DNA of 64,000 bases from Dehalococcoidia bacterium (GTDB lineage Bacteria; Chloroflexota; Dehalococcoidia; Lucifugimonadales; UBA3495), in assembly GCA_963665155.2 (NCBI GenBank), contig OY761986.2:215789-279788 (forward strand), in the 5' to 3' direction. The notes under the pieces were generated by a model. The model saw nothing but the letters and a program-made list of their open reading frames with translations, searched no databases and was not told the origin of the DNA. The position numbers and the translations under genes are program-made. This document shows, piece by piece, positions 17,718 through 27,289 of the stretch; the first letter of the stretch is position 1; the number at the start of each line of letters is the position of its first letter.

Positions 17718-20700
17718 TCACTCAAAGTCCGCCTGCGTCAACCCCCGTGCCTGACTGCCCCAGCAGGCGACGGAGCCGTCCGTCCTCACTCCGCAGGTGT
17801 GGCCATACCCGGCGCTGACGGAGGAGAACTCCCCGGCTGGCGCCCTAGCCTCGTCATACGGGTCATAGCCCCAGCAGGCGACGGAGCCATTCCGCCGCAC
17901 CCCGCATGTGTGGCGAAACCCGGTACTGACGGAGGCGAATTCCCCAGCCGGCGCCGTGACCCGGCCAGACCAGTCATAGCCCCAGCAGGCGACGGTGCCG
18001 TCCCGCCGCACCCCGCAGGTGTGGGAGGACCCGGCACTGACGGAGGCGAACCCCCCGGACGGCGGCGTGGCTTGGCCTTTATTGTCATGGCCCCAGCAGG
18101 CGACGGCGCCGTCCCGCTGCACCCCGCAGGTGTGCCAAAGCCCGGCGCTGACGGAGGCGAATTCCCCGGACGGCGGCGTGGCCTGGCCATGAAAGTCATG
18201 GCCCCAGCAGGCGACGGAACCGTCCCGCCGCACCCCGCAGGTGTGGAAGCTCCCGGCGGTGACCGAGGCGAACTCCCCGGACGGCGGCGTGGCTTGGCCA
18301 GCCCTGTCAGCGCCCCAGCAGGCGACGGAACCGTCCCGCCGCACCCCGCAGGTGTGGAAGCTCCCGGCGGTGACCGAGGCGAACTCCCCGGACGGCGGCG
18401 TGGCCTGGCCAACCACGCTGCGCGTGTCATCGCGATCATCGCCCCAGCAGGCGACGGCGCCGTCCCGCCGCACCCCGCAGGTGTGGTACTCCCCGGCACT
18501 GACCGAGGCGAACTCCCCGGACGGCGGCGTGGCCTGGCCATAATCGCCATCGCCCCAGCAGTCGACGGCGCCGTCCCGCCGCACCCCGCAGGTGTGGATC
18601 CCCCCAGCGCTGACGGAGGCGAACTCCCCGGCCGGCGGCGTGGCCCGACCATCATCACTGTCATTGCCCCAACAGGCGACGGAGCCGTCCCGCCGCACCC
18701 CGCAGGTGTGGATCCCCCCGGCGCTGACGGAGGCGAAGCGTGTCTGCATGCCCTTCACCGCCGGGTCCGCGGCCACCTCAATCCTGATTACGGCGGCGCC
18801 GAATCGTTCTGAGGACTTGCCAAAGTGGGGAGCGATCACAAACCCGTGCCTGATGGCCGAATCCCACTTGAGCGTGTTCCACCCCGCAATGTCATCGCCA
18901 TCGTCCCAAGTGGGGCTTCCCGATGCCCAGTGGGTGGCAGACATTACATGAGCGAGCGAGGTTTCCGCCGCCGCGGCGAATATTATGGCGTAGGTCCCTG
19001 GCTCCATTGGCGCGGTCAGGTTTATCGGAACTTCGTACTCGCTGGTTGCCAATGCCGCCGCCCAACCGTCGATAGTCCAGTAACTACTCTCATGGGGACC
19101 CCAGGACGGGGTTGCTCCCACGGGAAATACTGCATGGGAGCGATGAGCGTTGGTGACCGAAATGATAGCGACTCCCGAAATCGCCTCTCCTGAGGTCACC
19201 GAAATTGTCGGAGGGTCAACAATCAGCGACTGCCCATTAATCCTGCCGCCCAGCAGGCGAATTGCGTCTCCGGTCACCTCTGGCGTTCTGCCGGTGGTGG
19301 TTCCGTTCTGCTTGCCGGGAGCCGGTGCGCCGTAGTATGCGCCGGCGTCTATCACGCCGAACTTACTGAGTGCAGGTTCCAGTTTCAGCGAGAGACTCAA
19401 CGGGCCGTTGTACACCAACGCCTCAATCTTGTTCCATCCGTTGTTTAGTGCCAGCGGTCCGTAACTTGCAGGATCCTCGGCATTGCCTCTCCCGGCAACA
19501 AACTCATCATTAGCATACAGCGCGACCCCATCATCTCCGCTTACGCCCACTTCGTAACTCCCGCTGCCTTCATGGTAGAGCCAGGTCCTAAACCCCACCA
19601 CAGTATTGCCAAACTCAAACTTCCTCCGACCTGTGAGTCTGACCAGGAAGCTCCCATCTTCGACATAACTGTCAAAGGCCCCAAAGTCGGAAATTTGCGG
19701 AATATAGGTGTCGGGATTCTCGTGAACTCCCGGTTTGATGAATCTTTCCCACTGGGAATAATGTGGGTCAAGGGGGGGCAGCTCAAAGTTCTCGACTTGT
19801 ACCGATACTTGCTCCACAATCCAGCCCTGCTGGTCCGTCACCGTTCCGGCATCCGGGTTCCGCGAGCAGTCCGTGTATTCTTCCGCGCAGACCCACCCCC
19901 GAATCAGTATAGGAAACTCTCCGATGAAGCCCGGCGTTATACGCAGCCGCAGCGTCCTGTCGTCCGACATTGACCACGACGGGTCGTCCGATTCCACCAA
20001 GAGGTGTTCGGCAGGGAAGGGCGTCGGCTCTCCCGATTCATCGCGATAGATAGTCGCTCCCGGCTGGTAGAACGTGACGTTCGACAGGCCGGTCGTATAA
20101 TCCAACATTTCCACGTTGGCACGGGAAGACGAATGCATCCTTTCAGAGCCACCGGAATCGGTCAGCGCCGGGAAGGACACGGAAATCCCGCCGTGCTCTC
20201 CCGCTTGTTGGAGGCCGTACATTCGAACGGCGAGGGTGAAGCTGTCGCCGAATTCGACACTGCTCTCCGAAATATCATACTCCAGTTGAGTACCGAGTCT
20301 CGGCGTAGGCTTGATATCGGGATCTACGAGGGATACACCCAGTTTCTCGGCGGCTCGCCTGAGCGCCGCCGCTGCGTTAATTACCCCGGCGCCGGTCCTC
20401 GTTTCCCCGGGCGGGGGCGTAGTGGCGGTTTCGGTGATGATTTCCCGTACCTCCGCCGGACTAAGCGTGAACTCGCCGTTGTGGTCGAAGTCCACGGACC
20501 AGATCAAGGCGGCCAGCCCCGACACTTGGGGTGTGGCGAATGAGGTCCCGAACCAGAGTCTGGAACCATTAACTTGAGCAAACCTGCCCTCAAGAAAGGG
20601 CGAATACCCGACTATTCCCCCGGGGGCGCTGACCTTGATGGACGCTCCATAGCCTCCTTCAAACGTCCCTTTCCCGTTCGCCGTACTGCCGACGGCTATC

Positions 20701-21818
20701 ACGTTCCGATGGTCATCGGCATACCAGGCAGGAAATGCGCCTAAGCTGTACTGTATCTCACGAAGGATTCCATGGTTTGCGCCGGCTGCAACGATCAACA
20801 CGTTGCGTCGGGCAGCTCTCTCGATCACAGGCTCCATACCAGTCAGCCATGCAGTCAGGACAGGCACGCCCGCGCTGACGTTTATCACTTTCGCGTCCAG
20901 ATCAATCGCAGCGTCTATACCCGCAACCACGTTGAAGAGCGCTTGGCCGCCTTTCCACACCTTGACGACTGCCAAAGGCGATTCCCAGGAGACCCCCGTC
21001 ATGCCGTCATTATTGTTGGCCGCGGCAGCGGCCACTCCGGCAACAGCCGTACCATGGTACGCCTGCATCGCTGTTTGCAGGGTGAAGTGTGCCGGGCGAT
21101 CTGGCGAGGTATTCGGTTTCTTCAACTTTGGATTGCCCAGGTCGAATCTCTCCTTTATCTTTGACCTAAGATCGGGGATTTCGTCCACTCCCGTATCTAC
21201 GATTCCGATGATTACCTCTTCCGAACCAGTGTGGATTGCCCATGCCTCCGGCGCCTTGATCTCCTGGAGATATGCCGAGTGGCCGAACCACGGGTCATTG
21301 GGCGGTTGGATGGCGGACTGGGAAAGTTCGGCCTGCGCATTCGGAAAGGCCTCTTCCACTTCCGATAACTGTTCAAGGGGCTCAATGGCCTCTTGTAGCT
21401 CCAGGCCGGCCGGAAGCTCCACCTGGTAAATGCCCACGGATGGGATCTCGCCGACGATTAAGCTTCCCACTTCCTCCAATGCAGTCGAAACCTCGTCTAT
21501 GGTCGTGCCACGTTTGGCTACCACGATCAACTGATCCCCTGCGACAAGCAATCCGGTGTCCTCCCAAGACACCCAGTTGCCGTCGGCCACTGGCTTGGCA
21601 TAGGCCATTCGGTCCGAACGGGAATCCTCCCTCGGAGAGGTTCTCGCTGTCAGAGTTGGAGGGGCAGAAGTTTCCGTTGGCGCCTGCTCTAAGGAATCAC
21701 GCCCAAGGTCCCGTTCTGCGGGTGGTTCGTCTCGAAGGAAGACGTACACCGCCAGAGCAGCGACCGCCGCCAGGATCACGCATCCGATGACTGTGCCGGT
21801 AAGGTTTCTGCGACTCAT
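17718..21818 (-). CDS. membrane-anchored S8 (subtilisin-like) serine peptidase with PA14-like region and ~12 C-terminal RCC1-like repeats
   Basis: TM helix VIGCVILAAVAALAVYVFL. Catalytic motifs are GIVDTGVD, HGTAVAGV and GTSFATPQVSG. The C-terminal repeat is FASVSAG..HTCGVRRDG.V.CWG. ATG at 21818 has GAGAGG upstream; the ORF is open to 21836. Confidence 0.9.
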   Translation of the reverse strand: MSRRNLTGTVIGCVILAAVAALAVYVFLRDEPPAERDLGRDSLEQAPTETSAPPTLTARTSPREDSRSDRMAYAKPVADGNWVSWEDTGLLVAGDQLIVVAKRGTTIDEVSTALEEVGSLIVGEIPSVGIYQVELPAGLELQEAIEPLEQLSEVEEAFPNAQAELSQSAIQPPNDPWFGHSAYLQEIKAPEAWAIHTGSEEVIIGIVDTGVDEIPDLRSKIKERFDLGNPKLKKPNTSPDRPAHFTLQTAMQAYHGTAVAGVAAAAANNNDGMTGVSWESPLAVVKVWKGGQALFNVVAGIDAAIDLDAKVINVSAGVPVLTAWLTGMEPVIERAARRNVLIVAAGANHGILREIQYSLGAFPAWYADDHRNVIAVGSTANGKGTFEGGYGASIKVSAPGGIVGYSPFLEGRFAQVNGSRLWFGTSFATPQVSGLAALIWSVDFDHNGEFTLSPAEVREIITETATTPPPGETRTGAGVINAAAALRRAAEKLGVSLVDPDIKPTPRLGTQLEYDISESSVEFGDSFTLAVRMYGLQQAGEHGGISVSFPALTDSGGSERMHSSSRANVEMLDYTTGLSNVTFYQPGATIYRDESGEPTPFPAEHLLVESDDPSWSMSDDRTLRLRITPGFIGEFPILIRGWVCAEEYTDCSRNPDAGTVTDQQGWIVEQVSVQVENFELPPLDPHYSQWERFIKPGVHENPDTYIPQISDFGAFDSYVEDGSFLVRLTGRRKFEFGNTVVGFRTWLYHEGSGSYEVGVSGDDGVALYANDEFVAGRGNAEDPASYGPLALNNGWNKIEALVYNGPLSLSLKLEPALSKFGVIDAGAYYGAPAPGKQNGTTTGRTPEVTGDAIRLLGGRINGQSLIVDPPTISVTSGEAISGVAIISVTNAHRSHAVFPVGATPSWGPHESSYWTIDGWAAALATSEYEVPINLTAPMEPGTYAIIFAAAAETSLAHVMSATHWASGSPTWDDGDDIAGWNTLKWDSAIRHGFVIAPHFGKSSERFGAAVIRIEVAADPAVKGMQTRFASVSAGGIHTCGVRRDGSVACWGNDSDDGRATPPAGEFASVSAGGIHTCGVRRDGAVDCWGDGDYGQATPPSGEFASVSAGEYHTCGVRRDGAVACWGDDRDDTRSVVGQATPPSGEFASVTAGSFHTCGVRRDGSVACWGADRAGQATPPSGEFASVTAGSFHTCGVRRDGSVACWGHDFHGQATPPSGEFASVSAGLWHTCGVQRDGAVACWGHDNKGQATPPSGGFASVSAGSSHTCGVRRDGTVACWGYDWSGRVTAPAGEFASVSTGFRHTCGVRRNGSVACWGYDPYDEARAPAGEFSSVSAGYGHTCGVRTDGSVACWGSQARGLTQADFE

Positions 21819-22128
21819 GGATATGACCTCTCTCACTTGGCTAAGCAGTTAGCAGGCAGACGCGATCGGGACACTACGACGCCTGCCCTCTTTAAGCTGC
21901 ATCAAGTAACCCTCTCTCTAAAGCTTCAGAAACCAGTCGCGTCGGCATGTGGCTGTGCCGGCGGACGCCGACCCCATCCGCGATTGCGTGCGCAACGATG
22001 AGAGAGGCGGAAGACTTGGCCCTACGGCGGCAGGCTGGAAGTCGCGAGTGTTGACCAACAACCGACACTTGGTACACACCCTCCTTGCTTGACCTGTGTA
22101 ACCTTTACGTTCCAGCATTTCCGGCGGC

Positions 22129-22422
22129 TTATCTCCAACCCCAACAGGCGACGGCGCCGTCCACCTGCACCCCGCAGGTGTGGCTCCGCCCGGCGCTGAC
22201 CGAGGCGAATTCCCCGGCCGGCGGCGTGGCCTCGCCATAATAGTCACTGCCCCAGCAGGCGACGGCGCCGTCCACCTGCACCCCGCAGGCGTGCCAAGAC
22301 CCGGCGCTGACCGAGGCGAATTCCCAAGGCGACGGCGTGGCCTGGCCATCCGCGTCGCCCAACCGGATATTCTTTTCGTGTCCAACGAGCGGTCCGGCAT
22401 CATCACCGACGCAAACATACAA
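22129..22422 (-). pseudogene. orphan fragment with two RCC1-like repeats
   Basis: EFASVSAGSWHACGVQVDGAVACWG appears twice. There is no peptidase or other domain and no convincing start. Confidence 0.55.
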
Positions 22423-22673
22423 GGCGCACCGGACTTGGTGGTGGAAATACTACCGGGACAGTCGAGTATGACCGGGGCTATAAACAGGTCCTATATGGTC
22501 GTCACGGGGTACTGGAATATTGGATCGTGGACCCTGAGGCCGAGACAGTGGAAGTATTGACTCTTGGAGACCAAGGATTGACTCCAGCAGCGACCTACGG
22601 GCGGGGCGATATGGTAGGCTCTCCCCTTTTACAGGGCATATCTCTGGTCGTTGACCAAGTTTTCAGCGACTGA
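22363..22673 (+). pseudogene. Uma2-family (DUF820) endonuclease remnant, N-terminally truncated and frameshifted
   Basis: PDILFVSNERSGIITDANIQGAPDLVVEIL is followed, after a 1-nt shift near 22452, by TVEYDRGYKQVLYGRHGVLEYWIVDPEAETVEVL...VFSD*. Confidence 0.65.
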
Positions 22674-22749
22674 ACGCTAGTTCTATTGGTTTAGCCTTTG
22701 AGTGTGACGCCTCACCTCCGATCAGCAGCTTAATTCTGCCCACAGGCAG

Positions 22750-23934
22750 CTACAGCCCGAACTTCTCAGCCGCTTTTGCGAATCCTGTGATCGCTCCTTC
22801 TAGCACTGAGTCCTCAACGCAGTAGGAAATCCTAAAGTAGCCCGGCGTGCCAAACCCTCGACCGGGCACGGTCAAAACGTTCCATTCCTGCAAAGCGTCC
22901 ACGAAGACCACATCATCTTCCACCGGAGACTTGGGGAACAGATAGAACGCTCCCTGAGGCTTGATCACCGAGTACCCCAACTCCGTCAGGTGCCCATAAA
23001 GATAATCGCGCTTCTGCTGATATTGGCCAGCGTCGATGCTAACTCCTTGCAGGGAGCGGACGAGATGTTGCATGAGGGCAGGAGCGTTGACGAAGCCCAG
23101 TGTTCGGTTGCAGAAGGTCAGCCCATTGGCCAACTCCTCTTTTTCCGGGTAATCGGGGTTTATGGCAATGTAACCGATGCGCTCTCCGGGTAGGGCTAAG
23201 TCTTTGGCATGGGATGTCACCACTACCGAGTTCCTATAATGGGGCAGGACTTGAGGGTAGGTGAGGCCATCAAAAATTATTCGGCGGTAAGGCTCGTCGC
23301 TAATAATAAAAATCTCCGTCCCGTGCTCGACCTGTTTGCGGCTCAACAGATCGCCCAAAGCAGCGAGGTGGTCCGACGTGTAAACGACTCCGGTAGGATT
23401 ATTGGGCGAATTTACGATCAAAGCCCTGGTTTTTGACGTAATGGCCGACTCTATCGCCGCCATGTCGGGCAAAAATTCGTCGGTGGTCGGTACCACTACG
23501 GCCACTCCACCGTGGTTGTCCACGTAATAGCCGTACTCCACGAAGTAGGGAGAGAGGATTATGACTTCTTCTCCCGGATTGAGAATGGTCTTGAGCATCA
23601 CATTAATCGCCGCTGCGGCACCGCAGGTCATGATGATGTCGCCTGCGGTCATAGCCAATCCGGTCTCAGTTGCCAATCCTTCGGCCACGGCCTGGCGTGT
23701 CTCGGGATAGCCCGCATTGGGCATGTAGCGGTGCATCCCTTTAATGGGTTGCTCGGCCAATCGCCGCAACTCACGGTGAAATTCCTCCGGTGGCTCAACC
23801 ACGGGGTTGCCAAGGGAAAGGTCGAAGACATTATCTTCACCGTACTGGGCCTTCAACGTGATTCCAGCCTCGAACATGCGGCGTATCCAGCCGCCCTGCT
23901 CTACGAAACCCCTGACCTTATCTGAGATTGGCAT
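22750..23934 (-). CDS. pyridoxal-phosphate-dependent aminotransferase (class I/II)
   Basis: 394 aa from MPISDKV. Family-typical motifs are LSLGNP, NSPNNPTG and SHAKDLALPGERIGY. Confidence 0.9.
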   Translation of the reverse strand: MPISDKVRGFVEQGGWIRRMFEAGITLKAQYGEDNVFDLSLGNPVVEPPEEFHRELRRLAEQPIKGMHRYMPNAGYPETRQAVAEGLATETGLAMTAGDIIMTCGAAAAINVMLKTILNPGEEVIILSPYFVEYGYYVDNHGGVAVVVPTTDEFLPDMAAIESAITSKTRALIVNSPNNPTGVVYTSDHLAALGDLLSRKQVEHGTEIFIISDEPYRRIIFDGLTYPQVLPHYRNSVVVTSHAKDLALPGERIGYIAINPDYPEKEELANGLTFCNRTLGFVNAPALMQHLVRSLQGVSIDAGQYQQKRDYLYGHLTELGYSVIKPQGAFYLFPKSPVEDDVVFVDALQEWNVLTVPGRGFGTPGYFRISYCVEDSVLEGAITGFAKAAEKFGL

Positions 23935-24134
23935 GTGTTTACCCCTTTCGGTTTTCGCCGCAGAGCCCGCGCACTGACGCCTGCCAAGCCTGCGGATTGT
24001 AGCAACGAGGGTGTTTGGTGTCAAAGATATTCCGACTCTTGCTTTTGGTATCTGGTGGTGCTTGCATGTCTTTCCTGCTTTTGGACCTTGGTTTACACTG
24101 TCCTGGATATAGAACGGGCAGGGGAGGCAGCCAC

Positions 24135-25058
24135 ATGATAGTCGACATCCACGCTCACCTGATGGGTGAGGAAGTACCAGGCAAAGCCTTTTGGGACGGT
24201 TTTACCCGCCTGGCAGCGGTGCAGACGGGCCGAAGCGAGGATCGGGTGCGCCAGCGTTTGCCAGATATTTGGGACCTGACTGGCGACCGCCTCATCGCCG
24301 ACCTGGATTCGGCCCAGGTGGAAAAGGTCATGATAATGCCGGTGGACTGGGGATTGGTCCCAGCGTTCAAAGAGTCGACTATGGGCATCTGGGAGCAGCA
24401 CCTGGTCCACGCCGAGGTGGCCGGGCAGCACCCGGATAGGATGATAACCTTCGCTTGCTTCGACCCACGGCGGGCCAATGCCGTGGAGCTATTGGAGCGG
24501 GCGGTTGTTGAACTTGGCATGGTCGGATTAAAGATTCATCCGGCGGCCGGTTTCTTCCCCAATGAGAGAATGGTTTATCCGATGTACGAAAAGGCCATAG
24601 AGTTGGGAATTCCGGTGATGTTCCACACGGGTCCCGAACCCAAGCCGTTGTACAGTCGCCACTGCCAGCCGGTGTATGTCGACGATGTGGCAGCCGACTT
24701 CCCGGACCTGAATATTATCCTGGCCCACGCCGGTCTGAGCGCTTGGTGGCAGGAGGCTGCGGGGGTAGCGTCGGTGGCTCCCAACGTATACTTGGACATT
24801 TCCGGATGGCAGCCGATGGCGCGTTTTCGTCCCCTGGAATTTTACTCGACGCTGCGGTCTTTAATCGACACCGTGGGCGCCAAGCGCATCATGTGGGGCA
24901 GCGACTACCCGGCTTTAAGGTTGCTTATGCCGGAAGCCGATTGGGCCAAAGCGATTGGCGAGCCTGCTGAGGCGGCCCAAGAGAAAGGAATCAGTTTCTC
25001 GGAAGCGGAAGTTTCGACTATCATGGGGGACAACGCCGCCCTGTTGCTGAAGCTGTAG
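24135..25058 (+). CDS. amidohydrolase-family (TIM-barrel metal-dependent) hydrolase
   Basis: MIVDIHAHL start with GGGAGG upstream. Also has ...KIHPAAGFFP...ILAHAG...MWGSDYP. Confidence 0.85.
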   Translation: MIVDIHAHLMGEEVPGKAFWDGFTRLAAVQTGRSEDRVRQRLPDIWDLTGDRLIADLDSAQVEKVMIMPVDWGLVPAFKESTMGIWEQHLVHAEVAGQHPDRMITFACFDPRRANAVELLERAVVELGMVGLKIHPAAGFFPNERMVYPMYEKAIELGIPVMFHTGPEPKPLYSRHCQPVYVDDVAADFPDLNIILAHAGLSAWWQEAAGVASVAPNVYLDISGWQPMARFRPLEFYSTLRSLIDTVGAKRIMWGSDYPALRLLMPEADWAKAIGEPAEAAQEKGISFSEAEVSTIMGDNAALLLKL

Positions 25059-25823
25059 AGGCGAAAGTTTTTTGGGAAGGGTTTGGGGAACCCTTTCTTC
25101 CAAGAAAGGGTTCCCCAAACCCTTCCCAATGAATTTAGGTCTAGCAGCAGCTAGCTCGAGGGACAGGTCCGCCTCGACCATCTTGAAGTCCATCCCCTGG
25201 CCAAAATGATAGGTTAAGCTGTACCTCACCTGCTCCATCTCAACAGAGGCCCCTAGGACAGTAGAGACCGAAGTCACCCCACGGTCCTCAATGCCGCAGG
25301 GAACAATATTGTCGTAATAAGAAAGGTCGGTGTTGACGTTTAACGACAGCCCGTGATAGGCCACGCCCCGGCTGATCTTCACCCCAATGGCTGCGATTTT
25401 GGTATCGTCCACCCACACCCCGGTCAATCCTTCTACCAAGTCAGCACGCACGTCAAAATCCGCCAGGGTATCTATAATGATGCGCTCCAAAGTACGTACG
25501 TACTTGACCGGGCCACCCCACTCTTTCAGATTTACCACCGGATAGGCGACAAGCTGTCCCGGACCATGGAAAGTAACCTGACCCCCGCGGTCCGTCTCGT
25601 AGATGGTGATTCCTTTTTCTTGTAGCGCTTCGGGGGAAAGGAGCACGTGCTCGGTCTTGCTCAAACGCCCTTTGGTGTAAACGGGAGGATGTTCCAACAG
25701 CAACAACGTATTGGGCCGGTGACCGTCGCGGATCTCTTGCGCCAAGCGTAGTTGAAGATCCCAGGCTTGCTGGTATTCTAGTGTGCCCACGTGGGCGGCT
25801 TGGCAGACGGGGGCTGTAGGCAC
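24915..25823 (-). CDS. lipB: lipoyl(octanoyl) transferase LipB (ORF has a ~70-aa atypical C-terminal extension)
   Basis: LLLEHPPVYTKG, RGGQVTFHGPGQLVAYP and KIAAIGVKISRGVAYHGLSLNV. The tail beyond ~25150 is antisense to the amidohydrolase gene and crosses the palindrome. Confidence 0.85.
   Translation of the reverse strand: MPTAPVCQAAHVGTLEYQQAWDLQLRLAQEIRDGHRPNTLLLLEHPPVYTKGRLSKTEHVLLSPEALQEKGITIYETDRGGQVTFHGPGQLVAYPVVNLKEWGGPVKYVRTLERIIIDTLADFDVRADLVEGLTGVWVDDTKIAAIGVKISRGVAYHGLSLNVNTDLSYYDNIVPCGIEDRGVTSVSTVLGASVEMEQVRYSLTYHFGQGMDFKMVEADLSLELAAARPKFIGKGLGNPFLEERVPQTLPKKLSPLQLQQQGGVVPHDSRNFRFRETDSFLLGRLSRLANRFGPIGFRHKQP
25072..25129. terminator. 58-nt perfect palindrome (28-bp arms), likely bidirectional terminator
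   Basis: TTGGGAAGGGTTTGGGGAACCCTTTCTT cc AAGAAAGGGTTCCCCAAACCCTTCCCAA. It lies 14 nt after the amidohydrolase stop and is preceded by TTTTTT. Confidence 0.8.
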
Positions 25824-25859
25824 AAGCTAAAGCTCAGTAAAAAGGCTGTGTAAAAAGAA

Positions 25860-27272
25860 TCAGAAAATGGATGTTTCCGGGCCTATGGTTTCTAAACGAG
25901 CTTTAACCGCTTGCAAGAACCCACTGGCCTCTGCTCCGTCGTTGATTCGGTGATCGAAGGAGAGACACAGGTTCATCATGGACCGGATGGCGATGGCATC
26001 GTCACGAACCACCGGACGCTTGACTATCGCTTCGGTAGTCATAATGCCCGCTTGGGGATGGTTGATGATGGGTTGAGACACGGTGGAACCCAACGCGCCA
26101 GTATTATTCAGGGTGAAAGTGCCCCCTTGAACATCGACTAAGGTCAACTTGCGCTGGCGGGCCCTCTGGGCAACATCGCCTAATGCCCGGGCTAAGCCAG
26201 CAATGCTCATCCGGTCAGCGTCGTGTATGACCGGCACGATCAATCCCTCGCTCGCAGCTACAGCGATCCCAAGATTGATTCTATTTTTGAGGATGATCTT
26301 GTCGCCGCCCCAAGAGGCGTTGAGTGTACGGTGCTCTTTCAACGACTCCACCACAGCTTTCATGATGAAGGGTAAATAGGTTAGCTCCACGCCTTCCCGC
26401 TCTTGAAATGCCGTCCTGATTTTGGCACGGAGAGACACCAAGCCGGAGACGTCGACTTCGATGGAACTCCAAGCGTGGGGAATCTCGGTGATGCTTCTGA
26501 CCATGGCCTCGGCAATCATTCGCCTGATTGGCGTGAGAGGCACATACTCCTCGTCTTCCTGCGGCTCGGAGGCTGAAACGGGAGCAGGGACGGAAGCGGC
26601 TGGCGTACCGGCCACAGGCTCAGCCACTGCGGGTTTTGGTCCGGACTCGATGTATTTATGGACATCGTCACGGGTGATGCGTCCACCCATCCCAGTCCCG
26701 TGGACTTGGCCAATTTCAATATTGTGCTCTTTTACCAATCGCCGGACCGCAGGCGAAAGACGTACCCCTTGGCTGACCGGGGCCGCCGCTGGTTGCGCAA
26801 CTGCCGGGGCGACTGGGGTGGGAGGCTCTTGAGTGGGAGCCTCCTCGACTGGACCGCCGCCGGTAGGTCCCACGGGCGCAGTGTTCTTTACCAGGTAGCC
26901 GATGGTCCCAGCGCGGGCTTCCGGCGAAGTTTGCACCGGCGTAGCTCGAGTAACCGGGGCTTGGGTCGCGGGGGTTTGAGACCCCAAAGAAACTAACTCG
27001 GGTGTGGGAGCAGGGGGAGTTGGCGGCGGCACTTCGTCCGATTCCATTTCAGCGATGGGCGCACCCATAGGAATGGTCTCGCCTTCTTCAGCCAACACCC
27101 GGAGCAACGCCCCGGTCACTGGCGAGGGCACTTCCATGGTTACTTTATCGGTTATTACTTCCACCAACGGCTCGTAGCGTTGGACCATGTCTCCTGGCTT
27201 TTTCAGCCACTTGCCGATGGTTCCTTCGACTACGGATTCGCCGACATGGGGAAGCTCGATGGTTACAGACAA
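25860..27272 (-). CDS. 2-oxoacid dehydrogenase E2 (dihydrolipoamide acyltransferase)
   Basis: Lipoyl domain (EVITDKVTMEVPSP), Pro/Ala linkers, a subunit-binding domain (SPAVRRLVKEHNI) and the catalytic DHRINDG. Confidence 0.95.
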   Translation of the reverse strand: MSVTIELPHVGESVVEGTIGKWLKKPGDMVQRYEPLVEVITDKVTMEVPSPVTGALLRVLAEEGETIPMGAPIAEMESDEVPPPTPPAPTPELVSLGSQTPATQAPVTRATPVQTSPEARAGTIGYLVKNTAPVGPTGGGPVEEAPTQEPPTPVAPAVAQPAAAPVSQGVRLSPAVRRLVKEHNIEIGQVHGTGMGGRITRDDVHKYIESGPKPAVAEPVAGTPAASVPAPVSASEPQEDEEYVPLTPIRRMIAEAMVRSITEIPHAWSSIEVDVSGLVSLRAKIRTAFQEREGVELTYLPFIMKAVVESLKEHRTLNASWGGDKIILKNRINLGIAVAASEGLIVPVIHDADRMSIAGLARALGDVAQRARQRKLTLVDVQGGTFTLNNTGALGSTVSQPIINHPQAGIMTTEAIVKRPVVRDDAIAIRSMMNLCLSFDHRINDGAEASGFLQAVKARLETIGPETSIF

Positions 27273-27289
27273 TGGAACACCGCCAAGAT

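Noticed and set aside
17532-18812. 426-aa + strand ORF and 292-aa alternative minus-frame ORF (17786-18664)
   Set aside because: They are shadows of the RCC1 repeat array of the S8 protease gene. Their periodic PAGDGAVPPHPAGV strings merely mirror the repeat in other frames.
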